64,000 nt of DNA, taken from positions 94,991,741-95,055,740 of the forward strand of contig CM041465.1 in NCBI GenBank assembly GCA_023213395.1. The letters are read 5' to 3'. A program made the position numbers and the translations under genes. The notes beneath the pieces were generated by a model that worked only from the letters and a program-made list of their open reading frames with translations, searched no databases and was not told the origin of the DNA. Origin of the DNA: Cycas panzhihuaensis. Taxonomy: Eukaryota > Plantae > Cycadophyta. Of the stretch, positions 14,089 through 25,797 are shown in pieces. Each line of letters starts with the position of its first letter. Positions within the stretch are counted from its first letter, which is position 1.

Positions 14089-14511
14089 ATGGCCTTAATC
14101 ATTTTCACTGATGGAAGAAGTCATGGCAACCCTGGCCCTTCCACTGCTGCATGGATTCTCTGTGATCCTTTCAGACACGACTTCATGTGCTCCGAGATCT
14201 TCCTTCCTAAAGCCACTAATAACGAAGCTGAGTACATAGTTGTTATTGAGGCCCTTACCGATGCACTCTGCTTCCATCATAGACCCATCATCCTCCTTCG
14301 TGACTCTTAGGTTATGGTGTCCCATCTCACCCAGGTCTACCAAGTGTGGTGCCAATGCTTGAGGGACCTTGCCTTAACTACCAAATCCTTGTTGGCTTGT
14401 TTTTCATCTGTCAGCATTCGACACATTTCGCAGGCTCTCAACGTTGAGGCAGATAGCTTAGTTCACCTCATCCTTAAGCATCACCTCCCTCTCCTTAGTG
14501 ACCCACCTTGA
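14089..14511 (+). pseudogene. Stand-alone archaeal-type RNase HI (aRH), copy 2
   Basis: FTDGRSHGNPGP..ATNNEAEY..DS*..RHISQALNVEADSL; stop at 14310 (CAG>TAG relative to copy 1). Confidence 0.9.
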
Positions 14512-15003
14512 GGACTTGTTTGGTCATGCTTGCACCCAAGTCTTGGGTCATCCTTTACATTGTAATTTATTTGCACCTCCGAAAACTGGTTGTTAATGAG
14601 GCTAAACTATGGAAACCATCAGGTTTATTTTCTTCACTCTACTCTTAGCATCTTGGCATATAGCTCTCACTATTCTTGATTTGTATTTGTATATAACTTT
14701 GTTTACGACATCAATTGAGTCTTATGTATGGCTTTCACCACCCATTCTTCCTACTCTTACAATGGGGACACCCCCCTCATCATCTTCTATCTTTACTTAT
14801 TGTTTATATCACGATCCATAGGCAGCCCCTATGTTGTCTTGCCCTTGCCTCCATAGCCGTGCATTCTGCCATGACACTCATTGTCACCCTTGGTTTGCAC
14901 TATTACTCTGATTTGGATATATATATGCTACTGACATTCTATTCTCAGCATTTACCATTGCATTATGCCTTCGAGATGCAAGGCTATACTACCAAGGGGG
15001 CAG

Positions 15004-17959
15004 TGTTTCCTGGCTCCTAGGAATTGGTTCTTGGCAAGTTGACTCAGGTAAGTACAAGTATGCTTCTTCCCTTTTTCCTTTAATGCTTCTTTAGAAAGGT
15101 AGATAAAAGCATCAACTCATTGCATGACTGACTATCATGTTGAGTGATCACCTTGCACCTTATTGCTTGATCATGTTGCTTGTCATTCTTTCAGCCTATG
15201 ACGATCAGTAGGACATGCATCCCCATGGCACTCCACAACCCTCCTATACACCTCTACATTATCCTTAGCAGTTCTTAACCCATGTGATTCGTCAAATCCC
15301 CTCACCACATCACAATCCTTAGCACCCCACTAAGTGTGATTGGTTGATCCTTATGTTAGTTATCAGTTTCCTCAGAGTTCTACCACTTCGGTACCCCATC
15401 CAGTTTAGGTCATCTTCTCTATTTGAGTATCCCCATCCATCTGGATAGAGGGTTAGCCCCTCCTAGGCCTGGGGTACCTCCTTTTAGGATCTTAAGCATC
15501 TTCCCTTTAGCTTATCTTAGTCTCTATCACCTCACCGCATAAAATGTCATGGTACCACAATAAACTCTATGGTACCACAAAGTTTGTTACGGTTATCATA
15601 ACTTGTTTTTTAAAATCTGCCATGGAAAATTTCACTTTTTTCATGAAATTTCCACGTGGCTTCAACCTCTCTTAAGCCTCACCTCAACCCTAATCGTCCA
15701 TTCAGCCTAGGGTTACGTATAAAGCCCAAAATGACCTCATTTTCCTCCTTCTGGCTTCCTTGCTCTCTTCTCTCTCTTTCATAGGAGTTTTCTGCACCAA
15801 TGCCCTGCAACGTCCAAGTTCCCTGTGTTCCAGCCTAAGATCTGTCCATTGTAGCTCTGATCCGCGGCAGCAGGCTCACCAACTAATGCCTCCAAGCAAG
15901 GATTCATGCCCAAGTGTGGCCTCCACACCCTTCCTACAACTTTCAGTAAGTATGTTTCCATCGCAGCACCTTCCTAAGGATACCCTATAAGCATACCAGA
16001 TCTACTATTTTCTGCTATCTATAGGGGTAGATCTACCTCCTACATAGCCTAGTAGGTATTTTTCATTGTTGTTCCATGTCTTTCCTTGGGTTTATCTTGT
16101 AAAAGGTTAGGTTTTTTAGTACATTATTCCTTTCCTTGTCTTTCTTGTTGCACACAGGAGGTATCCCTCCATTATTTGTCTACTTGCCCTCTTGATCTCC
16201 CTATCCTCCCCTAGTTTTTTCTAAGGAGGCTATGGGAGAGGACTCATAAAGAGTGAGTGAAAGGATCTAAGGTGGGATCCATACCCACTAGGCCTTCTCC
16301 TCAAGGACAAACCCCTTCTCCTCTTTCCTCTCCTTCACTTGTGCCTCTCTTGGGTCACTAGGGAGTCTTTGGGATTAGGCCTCGCTGGATATCAATGTAT
16401 GTAGCCCTTGCTAAATTATTTCTAGGCCTGCATGCCTCTTTTGGGTAGCTCCTTTAACCCCAAATGGTGTCCTATATTCATCTTGGGTCCTGGCATAGCC
16501 CATGTTGTAATTTGTTGTCCATAGCATACTTACAACATAGACAACTTTCATAAACTTCGTAATATTTGTTTCCTTTACTGTCCACTACCAATAGGCTATC
16601 CTAATCTACTGCACCTTGTGTCTAAGGGCAACGTGGAGGTGTACTTGCTAGAGAGTTATCCATTCTGAGGCTAACCTCCCCTTGCTTTGGGATGAGTTGT
16701 TGGTTTCTTTCAGAGTTTGTAGAGTCACTTTTGGTGGAAGATTACCTAACTTGAAACCTTCTAACTTGTAACATTTCAACAATTTACTTTTGCATAAGTG
16801 TACATGTATTGGTTTTGTATCCTAGTAGCCCCTTTGGAAAGGGCAAAGAACTTTGTGATTGCAAGTTTGTTGTGCCATTTGTGGAGGAAGGTATGTGGCG
16901 ACAATCCAGGTGCGTTCTTTGGCCTCCTTTCCTTTGGTTGTTCTACTCTTTCATAGTTCCTTTTTTTCCTTTGCATTTTCTTGCTCCTTTCTTTTCATTT
17001 TTAGGGGAGGTAAGGAAACCCCTACACTACTCACGCTGTAGGAGAAGGAAAAAGAGGAAGCAGATATAGCACAAAGTGAAGACCATGTTTCAGCTACTTC
17101 GTTCTTCCAGGTATGACCTTCTCATTTCGCAGGTCTTTTCGTGTTTTCTTTAGCTTGTGTGCTTGCATAAAAAGATAATAAGGGAATAACAAAAAGGGAA
17201 CCACTATCATCATTATCTTATATATTAGCTTGCATTGTAGGAAAGAGCATTCATTAAGGGTTATCCCCATTTCTCTTTTGCCCAATTGCATTGACCTGCA
17301 TGTTGCATGATACCTAGGTTTATTTCTTTGCTTCTCTTCCCTTTGTTTTAAAATGAAATGAGAGTGAGGATTTTTTTTTTAGAGAGAAAGTATTTATCAT
17401 TCTTTACACTTTTATGCTTAGTATATCTCTTATTTGCACACATACGACTAGTCTTTATTTTATTGTACCTATAGAGACTAGGAACCCCTTCACACATAAG
17501 AGTGGTAGGAATGCTTTCTGCTACCACTCTTTATCCATCTAACTTTCCTGCTAGGTGGATTAGTTCTTAGAGGATCCATTCCCTAAGGTCCTTTTCCTTT
17601 CCTTACCATACCTACATACACTCCACCTACGTCTTCTAGCCTTCTTTCCATGAGGATTCATTCCCTTGTCAGGTCTTGCCTTCTGCTTCCAGCCATCCAA
17701 GGGTAGGAAGACCCTTGCTTTGAGGTTACTCAGGTAACTAAGGATATCCCTCACCTACACTCCCCTTCAAAGTCCAAAGTCAAGTTACCTTGAGGAAGTC
17801 GTGTATCATTCATGGGTCTCAAACCTGCGTTCTGACTCACGGACGCCCTATGTGGGTGCTTCCTTATACTTGTTGGTTTGATCCCTTTACCTTGGAACCT
17901 TATGTTAATTGTCTTAATCCCAACTAGGTGTAGTTTCCATCCCCATAGATGCAATTCCA
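15004..17959 (+). repeat. Complete 3' LTR (about 2.96 kb)
   Basis: TG...CA termini, PPT at 14994-15003, 3' part matches 1-1390. Confidence 0.9.
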
Positions 17960-19289
17960 ATACTAAACACATCAAAATACATCATTATTTTATTAGGGAA
18001 TAGATCTAGAATAAAGAGGTCAAGCTTCTATATCAACCAATAGAGGAGCAGGTTGTTGATATTTTTGCCAATTCTCTATCTAGAGATAAGTTTAATAAAT
18101 TCAAATTTTGTATTAGTATTAAACCTAATGATATAAACATTAAGAAAGGGCATTATATTAATGTGTGTATGTGGACATATTAATATAAGGATAAGTTAAT
18201 ATGTGAGTTATCAAGGATGATGTGTAAGTCATCAAGAGTTACTAAAGTTCTAAATAGACTTGTAACATATGTCATGGGAGTTATTAAGGTCTTAAATGTT
18301 AGAAAATAATAATAGCAATAAATGCCTCCAAGGGTATAGACCTCCTTATAGGGCCAAACAGGGGCAGGGTAGTCAAAAATGCATAAAATTACTAATTAAC
18401 CTTTAGAAAACGTTGAACAAAGGATCAAATATTATTTATGAAGTAATCAATGTTCTTTCAATTGAAAATTTTTTAAAAATATATTAAAAAGGTGTAAAAA
18501 AACAGCAGATTTAGGGCAATGAGATACCTCAACTTTAACTGATTTGAAATTTAGGAAGATAATATCAAAATATATAAAAAAATATATCAAAATGAAGAGA
18601 AATGAGTCATCTTCCCAACGAAGCTAACAGAATTGAAATCTGATAAAAAAATGAGAAAGTTATAGTGAAAAATGTAACAGGTATTTTTATGTAGAATGTT
18701 AGGAAACAGGCAAAAAATAACTAAATTCCTTATTTCAATGATTAAAATATTAATGAAGGTGAACTCAAAAAATTGAAGTAAGAAGTGGGTATTAAAGTCT
18801 ATACAACGTAGATCGCTATAGGAGAAATTTGGGTAAAAACCAGTTTACCAAAAATAAATGACAGCCAGTTCTAAAACTGATTTTGTTAAAAATGTGAAAA
18901 AGGCTAAAATTTTAAAAGTCTAATATTAAAATGGTCGAAACAGGGTCAAATTGACACCAAATTGGTCATATGACTAGTCGAAATTGGTGTACAAAATATT
19001 TCTGATCTATTGGAGGTGGTTTCGTCTGAAACCGATAAGCCAGTGAGAAGTTATGGCAACAAAAACACTAATAACTCTATAAAAATTAAAAAAATAAAAA
19101 TAAAATAAAAATGAAAGACATTTAAAAACTTTTTGGAAGTGGCTAGCAGTCACGTGGTGACTAAATGAGACCAGGGGCTGAGAGCTTAAACCTTTAAAAC
19201 TGGATTTGAGAAAATATATAATAATTTTTTATTTTTTATTTTTAACTTTATATTATTAAAACTATATAAAAAACTGAAGTCGGCTACAT

Positions 19290-20100
19290 TACTATGCAAT
19301 ATGCGTTGCTGTACAATAAATTAAAAATAATGAACCGTGCAATATGCGTTGCTGTCAGGGCTGCACATATATATAAAAGTTGCACGAACAAGATGAATGC
19401 TGAACGTAATGAGGGCCCGAACTGCAACGCGATTATTAATGATGTTATCAAGCTCAGTGTTCTCGCTGTTATTAATGAAGTTTGTATTATCAAGCTCAGT
19501 GTTCTCGCTGTTATTAATGAAGTTCAAAATACGCTGTTATTAATGCTGCGCGCCAAACGGATTAGCTCAGAATATGCTATTATTGATGAAATTGAAATCA
19601 CGCTACAGCTCGCTTATCAAAGCACTGAACTACAACGCGATTACTACGCCAAACAGACAGATGACGGAAGACGGAGGCAACGGAATACACTGTTATTAAT
19701 GAAATTGAAATCACGCTAGCTGCGCAGCAAACGGATTAGCTCCAGACAGATGACGGAAGACGGAGGCAATGCATTAATAAAAACGCGAAGTGTTAACCCA
19801 ACACAACACGTGAGACGCCAAACGTATACGTGAGGCAATCGATACAAGCTGCTAGCCATAAAAACGGCACCCAAATGGGAGAATGATAATAAAGCGGCTC
19901 CCAAACTTGAATGATAATAAAACGACACTCAACAACGGGTTAATAATATCTTGCGCAGCAAGGCGGAAGACGTGCAGGCTACGCACTCTCTCCCAAGGCT
20001 ACGAAAGAGCAAAACATTGGGTTGCTACCGTTTCTGCTATCGATACAAGGGTGTATGGCACTGTTATTAAGATTATTGGGCTGTTATTAAGATTATTGGC
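19290..20100 (+). repeat. CpG-rich patchwork of short local duplications
   Basis: Pairs such as TGCAATATGCGTTGCTGT, TATCAAGCTCAGTGTTCTCGCTGTTATTAATGAAGTT, GAAATTGAAATCACGCTA, CAGACAGATGACGGAAGACGGAGGCAA and CTGTTATTAAGATTATTGG. Confidence 0.85.
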
Positions 20101-20125
20101 TATGCTGAGAAGAGATAGTTCGAGT

Positions 20126-20176
20126 AATTTTAACAAATGCAGGCCCAAGTTTTTCCAATGCTGATCGAAATTCACT
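20126..20176 (-). pseudogene. Captured fragment of an ABC1/UbiB-family atypical kinase
   Basis: SEFRSALEKLGPAFVKI resembles the ABC1K motif ExRxxLxxLGPxFxKxGQ; only 17 codons. Confidence 0.65.
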
Positions 20177-20489
20177 GTAACCGAGAAGCGAACTCGGCGG
20201 ATATATCTGGAATGCCAAAGAAGTAAAGAAGATAGCGGAAACCATCAACTAAAGTTGCAATTCCTCTGCACTTAGCGGACCTTAGTAGAAGATTGCAAAG
20301 TAGGGTGCGTTCCCACAGCTCGTTATGTCACAGCACTTGTGAGCTTAATCCAACGAATGGAAAGGGGTTTTGTTGGAAAGATTATCAAACATAGGTATGC
20401 TTTCCCTTTATGGACATAAAATAAAGAGGAACGAAGACGCCAACGGGAGTTCAATGGAGACGTCAACGGGAGTCCAACATCAAGAGGCC

Positions 20490-20677
20490 AATGTTCGTTG
20501 TACTGAATGTGGCAGTCAGTCTATTGAAGATTTTCAAGCTAACATTGCTATCCTACTTAAAAGGTTAATTTGAGATGAAATACGAGCTGAAAGAACAGAT
20601 AAAGAAGTATATGAAAAGCTTAAAAAGTAGATGAAAAGCTTGAAAAAGAATACGGGGAGATAGTCCTATATGCCCCT
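20490..20677 (+). pseudogene. CCMH: Captured fragment of mitochondrial cytochrome c maturation protein CcmH
   Basis: NVRCTECGSQSIEDFQANIAILLKRLI*DEIRAERTDKEVYEKL[20-nt duplication]EKEYGEIVLYAP closely matches recalled plant CCMH (NVRCTECGSQSIEDSQADIAILLR..GETVLYAP), including the RCxxC motif. Confidence 0.9.
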
Positions 20678-22052
20678 CTTTTCTTATAGAGTTGAATGGT
20701 TGTGAAGACAACAAAAAATTACTCTCTTAATATGATGTTCAGTGCCTTTTGCTAACATACATCAAGAAAAAAAATAAAATTTTGTAGTTGGATTCCAATT
20801 ATCAAATGTGTTCCTCAGTTTCAAGATGCTATACTGTGTTCTATTTTTCTCAAGGGTACTTGTCCCTATTTATTTTTGTATTTTTTTCTTTTGAATCTTT
20901 CAAAGAAAACTTGCTTAATAATATGAGTTTTCAGCTGAAAAAAAAATTGAAAAATATATGTTTAAATTTTAAAATTGAAGAACCAAATATTTCAAGGTCA
21001 TGCACAAAAATTAAAATTTTCAAATATACTTGAGCAAGATATATCAAAAGTGTGTGTTTAAAAACTAAAAAAGAGTATCTTATAGGGGTCGATTGATGGA
21101 CCAGGAGCCCCACCCTATAGGCTGAGACGATATATAAAAAATATCTATAAATTTGTATTTGAAACAAACTTTCAAATATATTGCAGGTATATGAAAAAAG
21201 ATATAGAGATTTTACAGGAATTTCTTTAAATAATAATAGTAAAACAACTTAATGGAGCAATATACTCATATAACAGAGTCACAATATTCATAAATTTTTT
21301 AAATATTTTGAAGAGAATATATCATAAAAAATGCTTATATATTTGTATTTAAAAAATTTTCAAAGGAATATATTGAGCAGATATATAAAATATGTGTAAA
21401 TTTGAAAATAGAACAGAAGAACACGGAATCAGAAATGCTTTTGATCTTGTGTATATCTTCTTCAAAAGGCTGAATATGCTTCAAATACTGTAGATCTGAT
21501 AAACAGTCTTGAAAATATAGTCAGAAAATATGATGAAAAATGTAGATCTGAACTAAATATATCAGAAAATGTTAGAAAAACCTGATACAATAAGCAGATT
21601 TATAATAAAAATAACAGATCTGAAGCAACAAGTTGCAGATCTTTGAAAAAACTTGATAACTTTTGTATGCAGCTGATGCTCTTTTACAAATCTACAAAAA
21701 ATATCAAATAAGTAGACAAATAACTTGTAAACTATCAAAATATATGATAAATCTATAGATCTGAAGAGAAAATAACTCAAATATGAGAATAAAAACCTTG
21801 AATGTATATCACTTGCTACTGAAAATCCTATGTAGATCTGCACAAATCTGAAAATAGATCTCAGTAATATTTGTTGAACTAGAAATATAGCTCAATAATA
21901 ATCAAAATCTACTGAAATAATATATAAAACTTGCTAAAAATTTTTAGAAAATAAATATAATTAATATATCTTACTTGTAAAAAAAAACTATTGTAGAATG
22001 CCAGTAGATCCTGTTGCTCTTCTTCAAAACTTCAGCAGGTCAGCAATCGCCT

Positions 22053-22168
22053 GCTCTGATACCAAATGTTAGAAAATAATAATAGCAATAAATGCCTCCA
22101 AGGGTTGAACCTTGGGTTCTGATACCAAATGATGGAAAATATACTTGCAAGACTATGCTCTGATACCA
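22053..22168 (-). promoter_or_regulatory. Three stacked tRNA-iMet primer-binding sites
   Basis: Reverse complements of TGGTATCAGAGC/TGGTATCAGAAC at 22053-64, 22116-27 and 22157-68, each preceded on the element strand by a U5-like ..CA plus TT. Confidence 0.9.
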
Positions 22169-23097
22169 AATGATGGAAAATATACTTACAGGAGAACAGG
22201 TCAGAACATATATCAAATAACCATAAACCAGTATTACATCAATACATCAATGTGTCACAATCACAATAATATAAAGAACATGAAAGCCTTGTTGTTTAAT
22301 CCATTGTATCAATAATGAGCATTACAAATCTCCTCAAAGGTAGGCGGTGTCTAAAGACACCAGGGTTGTACACCCCACAATATAAATAGTTTTGGAGGAG
22401 GAGGGAAACTCCTCAACCCTTGAATTCAAATTAATAATAAAATAATACAACTTAACTCAAATGAAACTAATTCAACTTACCTTGACATGTTGAGTATCAC
22501 ATGTCTAAATTGAGGTGCACAATCCTAGTAGGTAAGAGGGAGTTGAGTGATGACATTACACTCCAACATTAAATAGGGATGAGATAAGTGTTATTTAGAT
22601 ATGGGTTCCTTTATGGATTGTTACTAAACTAAATCTATATATTAAGGTGTACCATATGTATTATATGATAATAAGGAGAGAGGTCATCTTGAATGAATAA
22701 ATCAAGGTTATAGGTAGACCAATTCTACCTAGTAATTTCTCTCTTATCATTTGATGAATTTATATTCATTGTGAAGTGTTCTTAAAAGTTCCATATCTAA
22801 TCCCCAAATCTTATATCTTCAAATCTAATTACCTCTTGACTTACCCCAAGATCTTTTTAGTTAGTTACTACATAGTTGGTTGTCTATCATAAAGGCTCTT
22901 TGGGGTGCTTATATCCTTGTCAACTTAGACTTTTACTATAAAGTCTTTTAACTTCAAATATTCATGCTCATCTTCCAAATTAGGAAAGTTACATTTTTCA
23001 CGTGACATAGAAAATAATAAAGGCTTTATATCCCACTACATATTAATGATATTTAACCCATTTAATATGTCTTTTATGTTAAGCAAGGTAATGCATA

Positions 23098-25717
23098 TGT
23101 GAAATTTTTTAAACTATAATAATGCATTTTTAATAGCTAAGATCTTAATCATACATATATAAGCAAACATCAAAGAGCATAATACAAAGTATTTAGGGTT
23201 AACATGGGAAAACCCTTTTAAGAAAACACCCACATAAGAATACTATTTAACTATATTTCTTCTAATCTTGATTTATACACCCTCCTTGGTATGGTTAACA
23301 CATATTACAAATGCCACCTAGGGTTTTATATAACATCTCAAATTGTACATTAACCAATGGTTTCAACTCTTAGTATTTATACCCTTTGGATTAATATTAA
23401 TTAATCACCATTTAGTATTAATCATAAGTGATTAGCTTATAGTTCCACTCTAATATCCCCTCTTAATATAAAAGTATTGATCCAATTTATAATTTGAAAT
23501 CTCTAACAAAGGATGGAATTATCCTTATTATCTTGTTTACATCTAACATATCGCCTCTCAAGGATAATTTCACTAGGCCTCCAAATTCACATAAATATAC
23601 CACTGATATATTTAATTTTGGTTTAGAATGAGTGGCATCTAATCTAAAGTCAATGGTAGTTCCATTAGTTATAGGTGTAAACTTCACTCATTCAAGTCTC
23701 CTTTAAATCACTCTTATTAATAATTAATATGCTTAGTTTTGAAAGGTACCATGAATCCACTTCTTTTATGACTTCTCTCTATGTAATACCTATATAAAAA
23801 GCTTTGAACCTATAGATGGGCTTATCACTTTCTCTTAGAACTACCTAAAGGCTACCTAATGATGGATTCTTTTGAATACCCATAATCTAGATCTTGAATG
23901 CATTAATGATAGATTAAGAAATGAGTTTTGATTATGTTTTGAAGGTTTGCACCCCTTCAAACACTACAGGATAGCACCCTAATATCTCAAACATAACTTT
24001 TATGCTTCATATATAAATTCAATGGTTTATACTAGTATCACATACTATATATGTAGTCTCACACTTCATGTGCATTGTCTCTTTACTCCATACCCAACTT
24101 TACATTCTCTAAATGCATAACACTACCCCTTACATGTATCATAATATTTTAAAATAAAAATTCATATTAATTCACATACCGACACACTTTTCAGAAAATA
24201 ACAAGTATATTGTTATCACTTAATCTAATATATGTATGAACCATCACACCACCTATAATGGCTTATAAATAGATATAACTTGTTATATCGTAATATATGT
24301 TCCAATTCTAAACAAGCTCTAAAATGAGATTTCATTAAGAAGAATTATTATATGATATCTCCATGTTAAAATAAGGCTTTAACATAGCTAATTAACATAT
24401 AGTCTCACCATAAATTTTTACGACATCAAATTATTTTCCATGTAGCTTTGTGTAATAAATACAACTTATAAATGAGCCAACAAACAAGATCTAAACTAGC
24501 TTTGTGTGACTTCCAATATGCTCAAAACCATCTCCACTCCTTGATGCTTGAAATCTACACTTTTAACTAGTGATTAAATTGCTCATTAATTAAGAATTTT
24601 TATTCCATCATGTAATGGCTTCCTCGAGAGAGATATAGGGATAACTTTTAAGGTATATGTGATTTTAAAAACACATGAAGATGAGCATTTAATAATTACA
24701 ATTATAACCTAAGTTTTATAAGCTTGGAGAAGAATATAATATTAATTATAAATCATTACATCTCCAATAAATTATTATACAACATGTTAGCATTCCTACT
24801 ATTATAAATAAAACAATAATCATTAAACAAGAGAGTTAGCTCAAGGGTAAGTATCTAAACATCTATAGATAGTAGAATGTATCAACACACTATAAACACT
24901 AGCTGAAAACCTTCTCAAATAAATCCAACCATACCTATAGAAGGTGCCAATAACTTTTTTTTATCTAAGAATAATATTTGATGCCTAACATATCTACATG
25001 TCCTTTAAATAGAGCCCAATATTCTTAGAATAAGCCCAGTGTAAACCATAATTATTATATCACCTTCAAATATAACTCAACAAGTTGAATTCCCAACTTA
25101 TCCAACTAGCCCTAGAAGACTTTAACACTAGTCTAACATATTCCAAATAGGGTAAAACATTTAATTATGATCATAGATAAGAGTGAAATCTCATTAAAAG
25201 ATGAATTTCACTTTTTTAATAACCATCACATAATTGTGATGCTCTTTTAGTTATTAGATAATATTAGAATTGTCACAAGTAAAGGATCTCACTAATGTTA
25301 TTAGGTAACCTTCGATCTTATCACCTCCACCTGACTATAACCTTATCTTTGTATGTTTGTTCAACTTTGATACCATATGAAGAAATATGGAACTATAAGC
25401 ATGCATTTCTAAATAGCTAGAATCTTGATCATATATGTAAGCAAATATCAAAGAGCATAGTACACAATACATAAATTCAACATGGAATTTTTCTTTTAGA
25501 AAAAAATCCACATAAAAATAATAGTTGACTATATTTCTTCTAATCTTGATTGATATATCCTCCTTGATATGGTTGCAACATATTACAAATACCACATAGG
25601 GGTTTATAGTACATCTTAAATGGTGCATTAACCAATGGTTGTAACTTTTGATATTTGTGTTGTTTGACTTAATATTAATTAATCATCACTTAGCATTAAC
25701 CACAAACAACTCTAACA
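23098..25717 (-). mobile_element. Internally deleted Ty1/copia element
   Basis: LTRs 23098-23455 and 25378-25717; PBS (rev) 25364-75; PPT (rev) 23456-66; TSD GCATA/ACATA; very decayed RT-like motifs inside. Confidence 0.8.
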
Positions 25718-25797
25718 ACATAGGACATCATCTTATTTTTTATAGATATATCAAATGTGTAATGACTTTATAGAGAAATTCATTACTATGTCATTAA

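Larger units (their letters stand above)
9870..16995 (+). repeat. Tandem duplication of about 3.57 kb (9870-13435 / 13441-16995)
   Basis: Both units start GCGGTGCTCT..GAGGGAAGGGCTTTGATTCATTC and are colinear through aRH, PPT and the first 2 kb of the LTR. Confidence 0.95.
1..17959 (+). mobile_element. Ty3/gypsy Tat/Ogre-type LTR retrotransposon, non-autonomous, 5' LTR truncated by window start
   Basis: 1-1390 aligns to about 16569-17959 (LTR pair, both ending ..TTCCA); PBS, gag, protease, integrase, PPT AAGGGGGCAG then TG; extra RNase H and antisense ORF are typical of the Tat/Ogre group. Confidence 0.92.
18297..22568 (-). mobile_element. Cargo-carrying LTR-family element, copy 1 (probable expanded solo LTR, 4272 bp)
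   Basis: TG..CA ends with perfect TTAAA TSD (18292-96 / 22569-73); core LTR 22568-22171 homologous to 55451-55859; three Met-PBS copies; AGATCT-rich arm; cargo; conserved terminal block. Confidence 0.85.
17960..22920 (+). mobile_element. Ty1/copia remnant (RNase H C-terminus, PPT, 3' LTR) interrupted by the 18297-22568 insertion
   Basis: TKHIKIHHYFIRE*I*NKEVKLLYQPIEEQVVDIFANSL at about 17962-18080; purine tract AAGAAAGGG at about 18142; right boundary approximate. Confidence 0.75.

Noticed and set aside
19294-19719. 141-aa ORF
   Set aside because: Made of shuffled short duplications; no recognisable protein family
19290-20100. CRISPR array
   Set aside because: Repeats occur only in pairs with irregular spacing, there are no cas genes, and the context is eukaryotic
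20370-20573. Functional CCMH gene
   Set aside because: Lacks the true N-terminus and the transmembrane C-terminus; has an internal stop and frameshift; lies inside a TE
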